This document shows positions 61,293 through 64,000 of a stretch of 64,000 nucleotides of DNA, one piece after another. The notes below the pieces were generated by a model, which saw only the letters and a program-made list of their open reading frames with translations, was not told where the DNA came from and searched no databases. Source of the stretch: Acholeplasmataceae bacterium (lineage in GTDB: Bacteria; Bacillota_I; Bacilli_A; Acholeplasmatales; Acholeplasmataceae); the NCBI GenBank assembly GCA_963667565.1, contig OY763415.1, positions 1,120,001 to 1,184,000 on the forward strand. The letters run 5' to 3'. Both the position numbers and the translations under genes were made by a program. Positions within the stretch are counted from its first letter, which is position 1, and the number at the start of each line of letters is the position of its first letter.

Positions 61293-63383
61293 TTAATTTA
61301 CAAAAACGACCTCTACACCATAACTATTCCAACTTGAATCCCATGATGCAGGAATTTGGTCCATCATCAAATAGATGGTTAATGCATCATTTCTAAAAAA
61401 CACATTATAACCTACATAAGTTACATTTGAATAAACAGTTACTTCTTCTAATGTATCACATAAAGCAAATGCTAAATCGTAAATGGATTCTAAGCTTTCT
61501 GGTAAATTAATGGTTGTAAGTGATCCACAGTCATAGAATGCATATCCAGAAATTGAGATAAGTCCTTCATTTAAATGAACTGATGTAAGTGTATTGATAT
61601 GATAAAACGCACCTTCACCAATGGTTTTTACACTTCCGGGTATATTTATCGATGATATTTTTGTTTCTCTAAATGCATAATCACCGATATATGTAGGATT
61701 TAAAGGTAGCGTAACAGATTCTAAATTTGAAGCACCATCTAAGACATAATGACTAACATGCGATAGCGTTTCTGGAAAAACAAACGATGTTAAACCAACA
61801 CAGTTTTGAAATGCTTTCTCACCAATATAAGTCACTGAATTTGGAATAACGATAGAAGTCATTGCTTCACAATCCATAAATGCACCATTACCTATTTGAG
61901 TAAGTCCTTCATTTAAATCAATAGATTCTAATAAAGCTGCACCACCAAAACTAAAATCGCCAATGGTTAAAATTTGGCTTGTAAAATAAACATGTGTTAA
62001 ACTTCTAGAATTATAGAACATGTAATCGGGAATATTTGAAATATCACCTAATGTAATGGATTCTAAATGTGTCGTTTCTCTAAAAACACCATCACCGTAA
62101 GATGTGACTAAATCGATATTTCCAATGGATTCAATACGGCTATTATAAAACGCTTCATCGCCAATAGATGTCATACCTGAGGGTAGATCTACATGTGATA
62201 AGCTTAGTGTGCCTAAAAATGTTTGTGCAGGTAAATGTGTGATTTGAGATGGTAATTTAACATCTGTTAAATACATATCATTAGAAAACACACTTAAACC
62301 CATATACGTCACAGAATCTGGAATATCAATCGTTTCAAGATTTTGCATATTTGAAAATGCGCGTGACCCAATTGAAACAAGTGTATCAGGTAAATCAAAT
62401 GAAGAGATTGCTGTATATGAAAATGCGCCATAACCAATACTTCTTAAGTGACTTGGTAATTCAATATTTTCTAAACTTTGATTTCCATAAAAAAGTTGCG
62501 TTGGTATATCAATTAATGTGCTTGGTATATTAATCGATGTTAAATATGGATTATATGCAAACACTGCAGTATCTAATTGTATATCATCAGGTAATACAAC
62601 AGATTCTAAAGCTGTATTATAAAAAGCACGTGAACCTATATACTTGACATTATCACCAACAACAAGTGTTTTTATGGGTTCTCCAGCAAAAGCTTCACTA
62701 CCAATGGAGACCACTAATTTATTGTTAATACGTGTTGGAATAGTAACATCAACATCAGTTGATCGATAACTCACAATTTCAACACCACCATCGACATCGA
62801 CGACTCCAAATTTTTTATCAGGTGTGTCAATCCCAAATGAGACTAAAGAAAACACAAGTAAAACAACACCATATCCAAAAACAATCACATTCATTCTTTC
62901 TTTATCAACAATAAATGATACTAAACCAATAAATGTAATTAATATAGATAAAACTAATAAAACTGTAACAGGCATCCAAGTGACACCATATAGATAGGGT
63001 GAGATCGCACCTGCAGGTACTAAGAAAATATAGGCAAACAATAATAAAGCTAAATTGATTTTATAAGCTTTTCCTATTTTATACCAATAAAGTTTATAGT
63101 TAGATGTTGTGATTGCTCCAATCGTAAAACCTGAAAATAAAAGTCCTACCCATGATTGTTTCGTCACGATGACTGAGATTAAAGAAATGACTACAAACAC
63201 AACCATCCAAACCATTGATTTCTTATTTAAGTGAAAAAAGCGCATTTTTTTTACTGCGCGTTCATCGTTATTTTTTGCTGCTATTTTATATATCGCTAAT
63301 GCTTTATGATAATTTTTAGCATATTCATATTTTAAGCCTTGTCTAAAATCGGCTTCTTGATTTTCCAATTGTTCCTCTTGCAT
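61293..63383 (-). CDS. BspA-type leucine-rich repeat (LRR_5) membrane protein with N-terminal TPR/Sel1-like helix pair and about 5 TM segments
   Basis: many repeats of L.SI.LP..L..IG..AF; hydrophobic block at residues ~60-190; ATG at 63383 after GGAGG. Confidence 0.88.
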   Translation of the reverse strand: MQEEQLENQEADFRQGLKYEYAKNYHKALAIYKIAAKNNDERAVKKMRFFHLNKKSMVWMVVFVVISLISVIVTKQSWVGLLFSGFTIGAITTSNYKLYWYKIGKAYKINLALLLFAYIFLVPAGAISPYLYGVTWMPVTVLLVLSILITFIGLVSFIVDKERMNVIVFGYGVVLLVFSLVSFGIDTPDKKFGVVDVDGGVEIVSYRSTDVDVTIPTRINNKLVVSIGSEAFAGEPIKTLVVGDNVKYIGSRAFYNTALESVVLPDDIQLDTAVFAYNPYLTSINIPSTLIDIPTQLFYGNQSLENIELPSHLRSIGYGAFSYTAISSFDLPDTLVSIGSRAFSNMQNLETIDIPDSVTYMGLSVFSNDMYLTDVKLPSQITHLPAQTFLGTLSLSHVDLPSGMTSIGDEAFYNSRIESIGNIDLVTSYGDGVFRETTHLESITLGDISNIPDYMFYNSRSLTHVYFTSQILTIGDFSFGGAALLESIDLNEGLTQIGNGAFMDCEAMTSIVIPNSVTYIGEKAFQNCVGLTSFVFPETLSHVSHYVLDGASNLESVTLPLNPTYIGDYAFRETKISSINIPGSVKTIGEGAFYHINTLTSVHLNEGLISISGYAFYDCGSLTTINLPESLESIYDLAFALCDTLEEVTVYSNVTYVGYNVFFRNDALTIYLMMDQIPASWDSSWNSYGVEVVFVN

Positions 63384-63400
63384 ATGATTGATACCTCCCA

Positions 63401-63907
63401 TTAAAGTAAAATAATCATGATAATAATTGCAGGAATTAAGACAATCATCGCTGAGATGATGACAAATACATACACGTATTTAGGTACTGGATTTTCTTCA
63501 ATGCTTTTCATATATGTATAATAATCTGTTTTTGGTCTTTTACCTATAAACATACGAAAAAGTGTTTGTGTTGCAAACACGATTGGAGAAAAAATATTTA
63601 AATTATAAACAAATAGTGACCATCCGATTGCAAATTCAATGGCAAATGTAAGCCAAAGTGCATCCCCAAAAGCCATTAATGTATACTCATCTTGCCATAA
63701 CAACCCAAATCCAACTAAAACGACTGTAACAACAATCATAATGAGTGTTAAAATAAGATTTCGTTTTCTAATTTTTTTCTTTTCTAGTGCTTTTGCAATA
63801 TCTACTGGTATTTCTGCTTTTTTAGGTTTTTCAGTAGGTTGTTCGTCTTTGACTAAAAAAGATTCTTCATCATTGACAAACTTAAACTTATTTTTATCTT
63901 CATTCAT
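63401..63907 (-). CDS. membrane protein, DUF3899-like
   Basis: three hydrophobic segments with N...FSP and DYY.Y motifs. Confidence 0.6.
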   Translation of the reverse strand: MNEDKNKFKFVNDEESFLVKDEQPTEKPKKAEIPVDIAKALEKKKIRKRNLILTLIMIVVTVVLVGFGLLWQDEYTLMAFGDALWLTFAIEFAIGWSLFVYNLNIFSPIVFATQTLFRMFIGKRPKTDYYTYMKSIEENPVPKYVYVFVIISAMIVLIPAIIIMIILL

Positions 63908-63916
63908 TTAAAATCA

Positions 63917-64000
63917 TTACTCCTCAAAAAGTCCAATCTGTTTTCTAATTTCTTGACAACCATAATAATAGTACTTATTCGCATACTTCGTTTTAGGATT
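63917..64000 (-). CDS. C-terminal end of a gene truncated by the window edge
   Basis: open frame NPKTKYANKYYYYGCQEIRKQIGLFEE* whose end carries the GAGGAG RBS of the next gene. Confidence 0.4.
   Translation of the reverse strand, partial: NPKTKYANKYYYYGCQEIRKQIGLFEE

Overview
This is a low-GC, genetic-code-11 (TGA = stop) chromosomal segment whose gene content and 16S fit a mollicute of the Acholeplasmataceae; the taxon is inferred and was not searched. Most genes lie on the minus strand. The core content is a four-tRNA cluster, an rRNA operon with trailing tRNA-Asn, rpsB-tsf-pyrH-frr-uppS-cdsA-dxr-rseP, trmFO-xerC, glycolysis genes (gap, pgk, tpiA), rpsP-khpA-rimM-trmD-rplS, ccpA, trpS and tyrS with T-boxes, a THF riboswitch with folT, and sufCDSUB. 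The main candidate new system is at 26.9-31.6 kb. There a consensus promoter and a cyclic-dinucleotide (GEMM-I) riboswitch with the A20 variant and an ON-type attenuator precede two TasA/camelysin-like subunits (one doubly frameshifted), an eight-repeat CBM5/12-like putative tip adhesin that shares the subunit N-terminal strand, and three SipW-type signal peptidases of which only one keeps its catalytic residues. Together these suggest a second-messenger-controlled adhesive fibre in a wall-less bacterium. Other notable items are an unannotated ~165-nt multi-hairpin sRNA candidate with C-rich loops and cre sites divergent from sufC, a ~150-bp diverged direct repeat marking an islet at the tRNA-Gly 3' end, and an identical 40-bp inverted repeat shared by the trpS and tyrS T-boxes.
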